DNA from: Kiritimatiellia bacterium
GTDB lineage: Bacteria > Verrucomicrobiota > Kiritimatiellia > RFP12 > UBA1067
Reading direction: 5' to 3'
Assembly (NCBI GenBank): GCA_045595285.1
Contig: JAZOAC010000135.1
Span: forward strand, 23,822 to 87,821
DNA length: 64,000 bases
Part shown: piece by piece, positions 55,379-63,610 of the stretch
Position numbering within the stretch: position 1 is the stretch's first letter
Layout of the letters: the number at the start of each line of letters is the position of its first letter
Notes under the pieces: generated by a model
What the model saw: the letters and a program-made list of their open reading frames with translations, nothing else
Databases searched by the model: none
What the model was told of the DNA's origin: nothing
Made by a program: the position numbers and the translations under genes

Positions 55379-57751
55379 TCAGCGAATGGATATTGCAAAA
55401 CCGTACTTCTTCAGATTGGCGATCAGAGTTACGGTACCGGCTTCAGTGACCTTGTCCAATTTGACCTTGTAGGAGGATAGCACGGAAGGACGAATAACCT
55501 CCAACAGATCAAGCACTGCCGCGCAACCGGAATCCACAGTCATCACGCCGAACGAATACTCATTCGCAGGCGTTTCATCGGCACATTCGACATATACCGG
55601 GATCTTCTTGGACGGATTGTCGTCAAGGAATGCAAGCGGCGAAGGCGATTTCACGTTGCAGATACCCTTCATCCGTGGTGTGCAGATCAAGCGCAAAACC
55701 GACTTCAAGCTTGGAAGTCTTGTTTGAGAACACGACATCCAGACCATCCAGTGCATGTGCGCTCAAAGGCTTCACCATGCCGCCCGCCACATAGAAAGTG
55801 CGCTTTGCGGCATCTTCAGGGATTTCGTCTGTTACTGTTCCTTCCGCATCAATAAAACGCAGATCGCCGCCAAGAGCAAGAGTACCGGAGCCTTCCTTGT
55901 ACATTTCTCCGTCAACCGTCAATTGCTGGAAGATCGCAAGTGACTTGTCTTCAGGCACGAGAAAACGTCCTTTCCAACGAATGAAGATGCCGCGGGTAAG
56001 CTCGGCTAGCGACATGCTATCCAGCACTTCCAATCTACTGGCTGAGTCAAGCGTCAAAGCATCATATGCAAATTCATTGCGGGGACCGCCAAGATTCTCC
56101 GCCCGCCGAACGACCAGGGAGGTGAAAGGATAGTTCATCTTAACATATGCTCTCGCATTCGTCGCACAGATTCTGCCGGCGAACCCCCTGTTGTCTCCAT
56201 CTAGACAAATTGTGGCGCCACATCTTGTTTCGGCGAAACCCTGCACTTGCAAAACCGACGCTTCATCGCCGGAGATTGGCCCGACAAGCCGGATTGTTCC
56301 GCTGTATTTTGGGGTCACTATTGTTCTGCCGGATAACATGAAATTGCTTCGTAAAGTCAAGTCACATCCGTCAAGACCTTGAATTTCCACACCGCCTTTC
56401 CCTCCGTCCAAAAGGAGATATGGTATCGTGTAATCTTTAATCCTGAAATATAATTTGGACGGATTTACAAATCGCATGGAACGTCCTGCAAACGACAGAG
56501 TGCCCTCAGGTGCATATCTTGTCGCGAAGCAACCTGTACCAGAACCTATTTTCCCTGTCTGGTATCTTATTCCGTTGCGAACCGGCTGACCATCACTCCA
56601 GTAATTGCCGTCTGTCTCCGCGACCACGGCGTCCTGCATTGTCATATCTATTTTATTGTTCTTAGTCTGCGTCACAAGAGGATAATAAGTAACATATATT
56701 GTCTTGGTCTTCCCATCATCGGAAACTTTCATTTCCACCGATGTTCCAGTCCTTATGTCGTAAGCCTCCTCCAGGATAAAGTCATCCAATGAGCATTGAC
56801 TGTCAACCGGCAGTGTCAGCAATGCATATCTGGTAGCCTCTTCAGGAGCCGAGGTCGGAGCGGTAAAATGTAAAACTGTACCTTTCCCCACCGTCAAACC
56901 ATTTAGAACCGCAAGCGAGCAATCGACAGAAGTCTTGAGCGTCGCACCTGTTTCAAGAGTAAGATTATCACGCACCTCAAAATTAGATACAGCAGACAAG
57001 TCGAGCGTTGCCCCACGCTTCAATATAATCGATCCAACAGATGTATTAACCTCAGCTTTAAAGACAGCGCCATTATCTGCGACAATCGAACCTCCAAAAT
57101 AAGTAGCCTTATCAGCAAGAGTGAATGTTGTGGTCAGAAGAGTTCCTGCTGAATTATATTGTGATGTTACAACCACCTCTCCAAGAAATTCACTTGCATC
57201 ACCCGAGAATTTCAACCCAAACGGACAACTTCCAAATTTGCCATTAACTCCTGAATGAACAATAATTCCACAATCTGATGCTGCATGAACATCATCTTTA
57301 AACGTTAAAGTCTCCTCTTGTTTACCGCTAAAAAGAACAAACGGAGCTGACTTCGGAGACGTAAAAGTCACTTTCCCACTTATTTTCGAACTCGCTGCAT
57401 TTACATGTAACGTACCATTTTCAAGAATCAAGCCACCACTGCCGGAATACGTCGCACTATAATAAGCAAAATAATCTCCAGCCTTTTCCTTATCCCCCAA
57501 TTTTCCAATCGTAAGCGAGCGAGCAGGTATGATCTCTCCACTAGATGTATAATATGTGTAACCTGACACTAAATAATCGCGATTCTTAACATCTTCTCCC
57601 TCTACCTCTGGCTCCCATGTAGCCCCTGCAAAACCAGTATCATGCGAATTATTCTCCTTAAGTCTCACATAATCCTCGCCTTCAGCAAATGCGAAGAATG
57701 GAATGAATGACATTGACAATGCCATAAGTACATTTTTTTTTCGCGGAACAT
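55379..57751 (-). pseudogene. beta-helix/PATR-like exoprotein, paralogue 3, disrupted twice (A9 tract after the start codon; +1 shift near 55665)
   Basis: ORFs 55623..57725 (700 aa) and 55379..55756 (125 aa, ending YGFAISIR like paralogues 1 and 2) form one gene. GGAG-N8-ATG lies at 57749-57763, followed by GAAAAAAAAA, and is out of frame with the 700-aa ORF. Confidence 0.75.
57733..57741 (-). repeat. Homopolymer A9 (T9 on + strand) between ATG/RBS and the signal peptide of exoprotein 3
   Basis: Counted directly: caTTTTTTTTTcgcggaacat. A10 would give MFREKKNVLMALSMSFIPFFAFA-EGEDY. Confidence 0.95.
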
Positions 57752-58009
57752 TTCAAAAACTCCTTTATTACCAAGAACTGGCGCTAATTATATCATATTT
57801 TGTCCGAGTGTGCCCGGGCAGACATGCACCGACTCAAGAACTTAAGAACTCACGACCTATCACACAAGTTGTTTCGCTGCCATACACAAGTCATTCTATT
57901 CATTTCGGCAGTCATGCGTCCCTCAACCTGTTATTTCGCCATAGTCTTGAACTTCTCAGTCACAGTGCGGACAACAAACTTCGGCCGCTGGAGCATAAAA
58001 TACACATTA

Positions 58010-58531
58010 TCATCGATAGACCTCCTCTTTCCATTCGTATGGTTCGGAATATGATTCACCAAGCATCGTCTCAACCATGAACCTGAGAACGCGCGCACCG
58101 TTGAAGAGTTCATGGTATCTTACACGTCCGGCAGATGCAACCGCCGCCCGTTCCGTGTCGTGAGCCTGATATTGCAGGATCTTCTCGGCGAGATCCACCG
58201 CGTCATCGAACCATACGGTCTCACGGTCCGTGAAGAATCGTTACATCTGGTTCTTCGAGGACTGGAACGTAAGTATCCCATAACCCATCAGATGTGCGAT
58301 GCGATCCGACGAATACCACTTGTCCCCTTCCTTGCGGTTCAGGTTGAGCGACATCTTGCTCGTGGCGAGAACATCTTCATAGTCCGCACCCCAAATGGAC
58401 GGCCTGTCCGCGCCAAATATGTCAATGCGCAGCTTGCCTTCAAGCTTTGGCCTAAGTTCCTTCCAAAAGCAAGACAAATAATAATCGACCAATTCAGGTT
58501 TACAGCATTTGATATTATCCCAATCCTGCAA
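58010..58531 (-). pseudogene. 3' remnant of a CgeB/Glyco_trans_1_2-like glycosyltransferase with an in-frame TAA
   Basis: ORFs 58241..58531 and 58010..58198 share one frame, separated by TAA 58241-58243 (…LTFQSSKNQM*RFFTDRETVWFDDAVDLAEKILQYQAHDTERAAVASAGRVRYHELF…). Only the C-terminal about 170 aa are present. Confidence 0.7.
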
Positions 58532-58537
58532 ATCTTG

Positions 58538-59896
58538 TTAATCCTGTCCTATTAACACTTCCCAATGGCCGTTTTTTGCAGCTCCAACGCGCCGTATTCT
58601 GCCGGCATCGGCAAGCTCCTTTATACGACGTGCGACCGTTCGACGCGGCACACCCATAAGCTTCGACAATTCGTCATAGCTGACAAACGGATCGGCCTTG
58701 AGGTTTGCGATAATTTGCAGTGCCAACGATTCGTTATTTACAGGATTTACAGTGCCACATTTTGTTGGTATCTCAAATATATCATCTGCCCTTTGAGTAA
58801 GTTCCTCAATTTTCATAATGCGGCTTTGCAGAAACCTCTCTATTGAGCGCAGTCTGTCTTGCGGCAAGTTATGGTATTTGTGCCGTTTGAAGCGGAAACC
58901 CTTCAACGCCTTCATGCGCTCAAGCATGCTTTTCGTAATGCCACCCGGAAATCCCAGCCACTTTGAGTATAGCGCAGGCTTTACTCGCGAAACATATTTA
59001 GCCAAATCCCAAAACTCGTCAAGTTTATCGCCAGGACGATAAAGTGCCGGCGAAAACAGTCCGTAACCATTATCGAATATGGGAGCTGCACCAACTATCT
59101 CATTTTTATCATTATCAACCAAATACCCAAAATTTCCGAGATGACGGTCGGTGTTGAAAATGAGTGCGTCAAAGAAGAAAATGTCGGCAAAGCGTTTGTC
59201 TTCCAGAGCTTCTGCCACGTTCATTATTCTTCCCGCTGGCAGATATCCAAACTTATCGCTAGTAAAAATATTGCAGGTCGAACACAAATAGCCTTTAAAC
59301 TTGCTTAGCGAATATTCGACATGATCAAGCCCCATCGCAGCAGCAATCTGTGAAGCATAATATTCGGAATAAGGCTCAAATCCCGTATTGGCAGCTCCAT
59401 CCGTTCCAGATTTGTAAAGAACGACCCTTCCATCGATTCTCCGCCAGCATTTCGCGAGCATTCCATTCGTCGAAAATTCAGGCGAAGATATCCAATCAAG
59501 GCACTCAATGGCAGACCCCATTCCGTTAAAAGCAGTGAGCGCAATCACCTGTGAAAATTCATTATCGTAAAGATTGCAATCCTTCCACGATCCCTTAAAA
59601 TCATTCGGCACCACCCAATGAACATCATTAAGCGATAAGCCGCGGCATATCTCGATTATGCCTCGAACATTTCGTGCATCAAGACCCGTCGCCGCCATTA
59701 ATGCGTCTATGTTACGGCGATTACGTGGCACCACACGACGAGACAGCCACCTCCAAAGATTTTCGTCAGAAACATCGCCCTTAAAATCAAGGGGCAGATA
59801 GCGATTATTCCCTTCATCTACCGAAACAATACGAACTCCTTGCGGTTCAATCCATTCAAACCGCAACAGTTCTTTATCTCGATGCTTCAGAATCAT
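58538..59896 (-). CDS. HipA-like Ser/Thr kinase fused to a C-terminal winged-helix DNA-binding domain
   Basis: 452 aa. Kinase core FNTDRHLGNFGYLVDN and PIFDNGYGLF. The C-terminus SYDELSKLMGVPRRTVARRIKELADAGRIRRVGAAKNGHWEVL is wHTH-like. Confidence 0.75.
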   Translation of the reverse strand: MILKHRDKELLRFEWIEPQGVRIVSVDEGNNRYLPLDFKGDVSDENLWRWLSRRVVPRNRRNIDALMAATGLDARNVRGIIEICRGLSLNDVHWVVPNDFKGSWKDCNLYDNEFSQVIALTAFNGMGSAIECLDWISSPEFSTNGMLAKCWRRIDGRVVLYKSGTDGAANTGFEPYSEYYASQIAAAMGLDHVEYSLSKFKGYLCSTCNIFTSDKFGYLPAGRIMNVAEALEDKRFADIFFFDALIFNTDRHLGNFGYLVDNDKNEIVGAAPIFDNGYGLFSPALYRPGDKLDEFWDLAKYVSRVKPALYSKWLGFPGGITKSMLERMKALKGFRFKRHKYHNLPQDRLRSIERFLQSRIMKIEELTQRADDIFEIPTKCGTVNPVNNESLALQIIANLKADPFVSYDELSKLMGVPRRTVARRIKELADAGRIRRVGAAKNGHWEVLIGQD

Positions 59897-60212
59897 TTAA
59901 CTAATCAACTTGAACTTACCCCGTCAAACATGCACATCTCAAATCATCTTTCACGAAAACATGGCGAATAATAGCACTTGCAGATATCAAAAGCAAGCGG
60001 GAAGTTGACGACTTTTGGATGACAAGGCAAAGTGAATGCGACAGCAAACTCTACCATGCCAAGACAACGGGCTTTTTGCCAGTTGTCTTTGATGAGAATA
60101 TGATTCGGACCGATTCTCAACCGATATTGTGCAAGGTAAGGACCCAAAGGCTATTGTAGCTCGCTAGGCATGCGTCCTTGCGCGTTCTTCAGCGGATTGG
60201 GGTTGCGAAGGT

Positions 60213-60470
60213 TCATGTTCCACGACCTGTGTTCGCCCCGGTATGGACATCGGCGTTCTCCTGCCGCCATTTTCCGGCGGCTTCGTCGATCGGATCGAAA
60301 ATCTCCGCCTTCATGAGCGCGACCCTTCTTCCTTCAAGACTCTCGGGATCGACCGATGCGGCGGCACGTTTGAGTATGCGTTCAAGACCGTTGAGAAAGT
60401 CCGCCGTGTATATTTCGCCCATGAGCTTGGCGACAGGCGGCCCGCGCCGCAGTTCCCTGGGCTCATGGCG
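60213..60470 (-). pseudogene. 3' fragment of an unidentified gene
   Basis: The frame is open from 60470 (RHEPRELRRGPPVAKLMGEIYTADFLNGLERILKRAAASVDPESLEGRRVALMKAEIFDPIDEAAGKW…). It has no plausible N-terminus and is fused out of frame to the fragment upstream. Confidence 0.4.
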
Positions 60471-60824
60471 TTATCGAGAATGACCTTCCCATAAAGTTCT
60501 TCCTTGTCGCTATTGTAGCACATTATTGCATTGTTCGCCGAATATGGAGAGTCGTCAACACCACAAGTTTTTCCCTCGGCAATGTACATGCCATTCATGT
60601 CGGTTACACCCCTTAAGACAGTGTCCGTTAGGGCGAAAATTCATGCCGAAAAACACACTAACATCGGCATTTGACACATTGTGGCCTAAATCGTCTACAA
60701 CGTGTATTTTAATTTTTGCCAATGCTCCAGACCTTCTCGCTTCGCGGCAAGAAGAATCTTTGCTTAAAGCAAAAGCAGATGTTGCTGTAATTATCAATAT
60801 TGCAATCACAAAAAACATTCTCAT
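60311..60824 (-). pseudogene. small secreted CarboxypepD_reg-like protein, frameshifted
   Basis: ORF 60555..60824 (signal peptide MRMFFVIAILIITATSAFA … KIKIHVVDDLGHNVSNADVSVFFGMN) continues in the +1 frame as FALTDTVLRGVTDMNGMYIAEGKTCG… (ORF 60311..60598). The shift lies near a T4 run. Confidence 0.5.
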
Positions 60825-60843
60825 TTAAGACCGCCTTTCTCTA

Positions 60844-62337
60844 TTACTTTTTCATAGAATCTAAAATTAAAGCCTGTTCGACTGAAATCTTGTTGACACC
60901 AAACCAATTTTCTTCAATATTCCATCCAGACCAATCGGTTGCACCCAATCCTACACCAAGCCCACGTCCTTTGAATAATTCCTGTATTTTCCAGGCTCCG
61001 CCAGATAATGTAAGCTGCCCGACTTCCGCATTTGCCAAAACATCCTCTGTCGGGGAATAGCAGTTTACGGCATTGGCGATCCCGGCAAATCTTCCACGCC
61101 ACGAAAGTGATGCACGGAAATCATTTGCCGGGAAAAGCTTGCTCCAATTGGCTGCCAAATAATTGGATGGAACCTTCTCCCATTCTTCATCGCACATGAC
61201 AGAAGAAAACGATCCGTTATCATACGCCTCCATCGAAACTGCCGCATTTAGCATGTAATACTTTGAATAATTGAGTCCGTGATCTTTCGCTGCGGACGAC
61301 ACAAGCATATTGCCAAGAGAATGTGCGAGCATCACTTTCTCTCCGGGAAGATCACGGCAGGACTGCACAAGCGCAGGTGCAGACTGAAAAGCATTCTTCA
61401 CATTGACGTAATAATCTGGCGATATCTGCTTATCCGAGAACATCAACGAGAACTGCGACCCGTCACCTTTCCAGTTCACCGCCGTGAACATGGACTTCAT
61501 GCCCGAAAGCCGCAGGCGCTTGAACATCTGATCGCCCCATTTGCGGGCATCTGCAGGATTTACGTTGTAACCGTGCACAAATACAAAGTGTTGTCCATCG
61601 CATTCCGAATCGGGGAGGTTGTTCGGCTCGTAGAGCCGTGACGGTTCGCCGCCGGTGCCGCCGCAGACGCTGCGGATGTTGAGCCACCGGTACATTTCCC
61701 TTACCGAAGAAATTGATATCGGCATCGGGAATGAGAGGATTGTCTCATCGCCCAACTTCACCCCAAGCGTGACATTCTCATGCGATGCCGCTGCCTCGAA
61801 TGCAAGGATGCCAGGCGCGTTGTCTTCGCCCAAAAGCTCCGATGGATTTATCTGCATTGCGTCATACTGAAGCGCGGTCAATGGCGCGGAATGCAAAGGC
61901 GTGTCAGCGTTTTTCGTAAAAGTATCGTCAGTATATATCTTGCCTGCTTCATTCGGATTCACATCCACGGCACAGTAGCGCATGGCATTTTCGCCGTGTG
62001 CGGAGAGCTCGAACTTGACCGACGATCCCCACGCATCGATGAACGGCTTCAGGTCGAGCCTTGCGGCAAAAAGGTTCACAAGGTCGTACCTTCCATTCAC
62101 AACGCCGTCGGCGGCGTTTCGCGCATTATATGCATAACGGACAAGATAGATAGTACCCCATTCTGAAAGAATGTTGTCGAAAGAATCGTATGTGTGGAAG
62201 ATAGTGTTGCATAGTACATCAATTGTTTCGACACTATTGCCGAATTTGTCGTATGCATACGATCCAAGGACAATTAAATCATCATTGGCACCCGTAATTT
62301 TATTATGCTTGATGCAACCTCTGCAAAACATGTCCAC
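60844..62337 (-). CDS. YD-repeat-containing protein with C-terminal alpha/beta-hydrolase (lipase/esterase-like) domain; possible orphan polymorphic-toxin module
   Basis: 497 aa. N-terminal YD repeats SYAYDKFGNSVE and HTYDSFDNILSEWG. The hydrolase part carries HFVFVHGYNVNP and the nucleophile elbow LAHSLGN. The ORF-track start is a GTG; ATG-TTT-TGC follows 2 codons later. Confidence 0.65.
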   Translation of the reverse strand: MDMFCRGCIKHNKITGANDDLIVLGSYAYDKFGNSVETIDVLCNTIFHTYDSFDNILSEWGTIYLVRYAYNARNAADGVVNGRYDLVNLFAARLDLKPFIDAWGSSVKFELSAHGENAMRYCAVDVNPNEAGKIYTDDTFTKNADTPLHSAPLTALQYDAMQINPSELLGEDNAPGILAFEAAASHENVTLGVKLGDETILSFPMPISISSVREMYRWLNIRSVCGGTGGEPSRLYEPNNLPDSECDGQHFVFVHGYNVNPADARKWGDQMFKRLRLSGMKSMFTAVNWKGDGSQFSLMFSDKQISPDYYVNVKNAFQSAPALVQSCRDLPGEKVMLAHSLGNMLVSSAAKDHGLNYSKYYMLNAAVSMEAYDNGSFSSVMCDEEWEKVPSNYLAANWSKLFPANDFRASLSWRGRFAGIANAVNCYSPTEDVLANAEVGQLTLSGGAWKIQELFKGRGLGVGLGATDWSGWNIEENWFGVNKISVEQALILDSMKK

Positions 62338-62381
62338 ATTATATCAAAACATTATCATTATCTCCTTAAAACAACTCTACA

Positions 62382-63554
62382 TCACCCATTCCCCTTGACG
62401 CGATTATGGTGTTTGCAGAGCATCTGGCAGTTCTTCTCGGATGTATCACCACCTTTCGACCATGCGGTGACATGATCAGCCTCCATCTCTCCAAATGCGT
62501 AGATACGCTTTGCATTCGCCCCGTGCGCCAGTACACAATCTGGGCAATTCGAAATTCCTTTCTCAACGGCGTCTTCTGTCTGTCTTCTGTAAACACGTTT
62601 AGCAACCGCTTCCTTGAATATTCTTATCCTTAAAAGCCTACGATCGGTTTCGCCGCCAAGGATATACTCAAAAATATTTCTCCTGTTCTTGATGATGTCA
62701 TTGTCTGCATCCGCATAAAGAGCCTCCACTCGTGCCCACACTTCGTCAGGAGAGTACGGCTTATCATGATAAACTTCGTAAAGACGCCCCCATTCAACAC
62801 CACGCATTTCATTTTTCACATCCTTGAACACCCCATCAATCCAATTCATCACACTGTTGAAATATGCCGTAATCTCGGCAATATCCGCATTATACTGATG
62901 ATCTTTCATGTAATCCTTAACATGACCTTTAGAGACCCATTCCAAAGCCTTTGCCAAGATGGCCTGTCTTTTCTCGTCGCCATCGACGAAATGTTTCCAC
63001 TTATTCATATTCGCATTGGTCGAATTGCTGAATACTGCTTTAGCGGCAGTTACAAAGGGCCCAGAATATGTCGCATTCAGAAGTTCCTGATCGTTAAGCG
63101 GTTTTCCCGCAATATTGATAGTCCTGAACCAGTCCTTTATTTCAGACTCCGGGTCATCGCCTTCCCCTTCGCAGATATAAATCGTAAGCGGTGTTTTTAG
63201 CAACCATCCATGGTGTGCAGGATCAAACTTGTGCGGCATCCCGTTTGCATCCAAAACATCCAGTTGTCCTGTCACGAACCGCCCAAAACTCGTTATGCGC
63301 TGTTGACCATCCAGAACTTCGTACTCGTCACCGTTCTTCAAAAAGTAAATGAGACCAATTGGGTACTTCTTCAATAGCGACTCGACGACCGCAACATCAT
63401 CCTTACCGTTCGCATAGATGTAATTGCGCTGATACTCCGGCTGAATGACGAGTTTCCCGCTCCAGCCTCTAACACCTTTACCTTCCAGCGTGTTGTAGTA
63501 AAAACCTTTACAGATATCTCCTACGGTTATGTCGGTGCGAAGTTCAGTTTTCAT
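62382..63554 (-). CDS. DUF262 (ParB-like nuclease superfamily) protein fused to an HNH endonuclease
   Basis: 390 aa. IQPEYQRNYIY and VLDGQQRITSFGRF (DUF262 DGQQR motif). C-terminal CPDC … EADHVTAWSKGGDTSEKNCQMLCKHHNRVKGN (HNH with CxxC/CxxH zinc ligands). Confidence 0.8.
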   Translation of the reverse strand: MKTELRTDITVGDICKGFYYNTLEGKGVRGWSGKLVIQPEYQRNYIYANGKDDVAVVESLLKKYPIGLIYFLKNGDEYEVLDGQQRITSFGRFVTGQLDVLDANGMPHKFDPAHHGWLLKTPLTIYICEGEGDDPESEIKDWFRTINIAGKPLNDQELLNATYSGPFVTAAKAVFSNSTNANMNKWKHFVDGDEKRQAILAKALEWVSKGHVKDYMKDHQYNADIAEITAYFNSVMNWIDGVFKDVKNEMRGVEWGRLYEVYHDKPYSPDEVWARVEALYADADNDIIKNRRNIFEYILGGETDRRLLRIRIFKEAVAKRVYRRQTEDAVEKGISNCPDCVLAHGANAKRIYAFGEMEADHVTAWSKGGDTSEKNCQMLCKHHNRVKGNG

Positions 63555-63610
63555 ACAGACTATCCTTTCTTTGAAATTTATCTCCTACAGAAAATGCTGA
63601 GGACTACGAA

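Noticed and set aside
55379-55756. The 125-aa ORF as an independent gene.
   Set aside because: It has no RBS or signal peptide and overlaps the end of the 700-aa ORF. It carries the C-terminal …GFAISIR signature of the exoprotein family, so it is the displaced 3' end of that gene.
57703-58113. Plus- and minus-strand ORFs of 60-125 aa between exoprotein 3 and the glycosyltransferase remnant (57703..58080, 57800..58054, 57931..58113).
   Set aside because: This is an AT-rich intergenic/promoter region. The ORFs overlap one another, lack RBSs and show no motifs.
59944-60147. The 67-aa ORF directly upstream of the HipA-like gene, considered as a possible HipB antitoxin.
   Set aside because: The sequence (Cys/Pro-rich, …CHPKVVNFPLAFDICKCYYSPCF…) has no helix-turn-helix character and no RBS. 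It lies in pseudogene debris.
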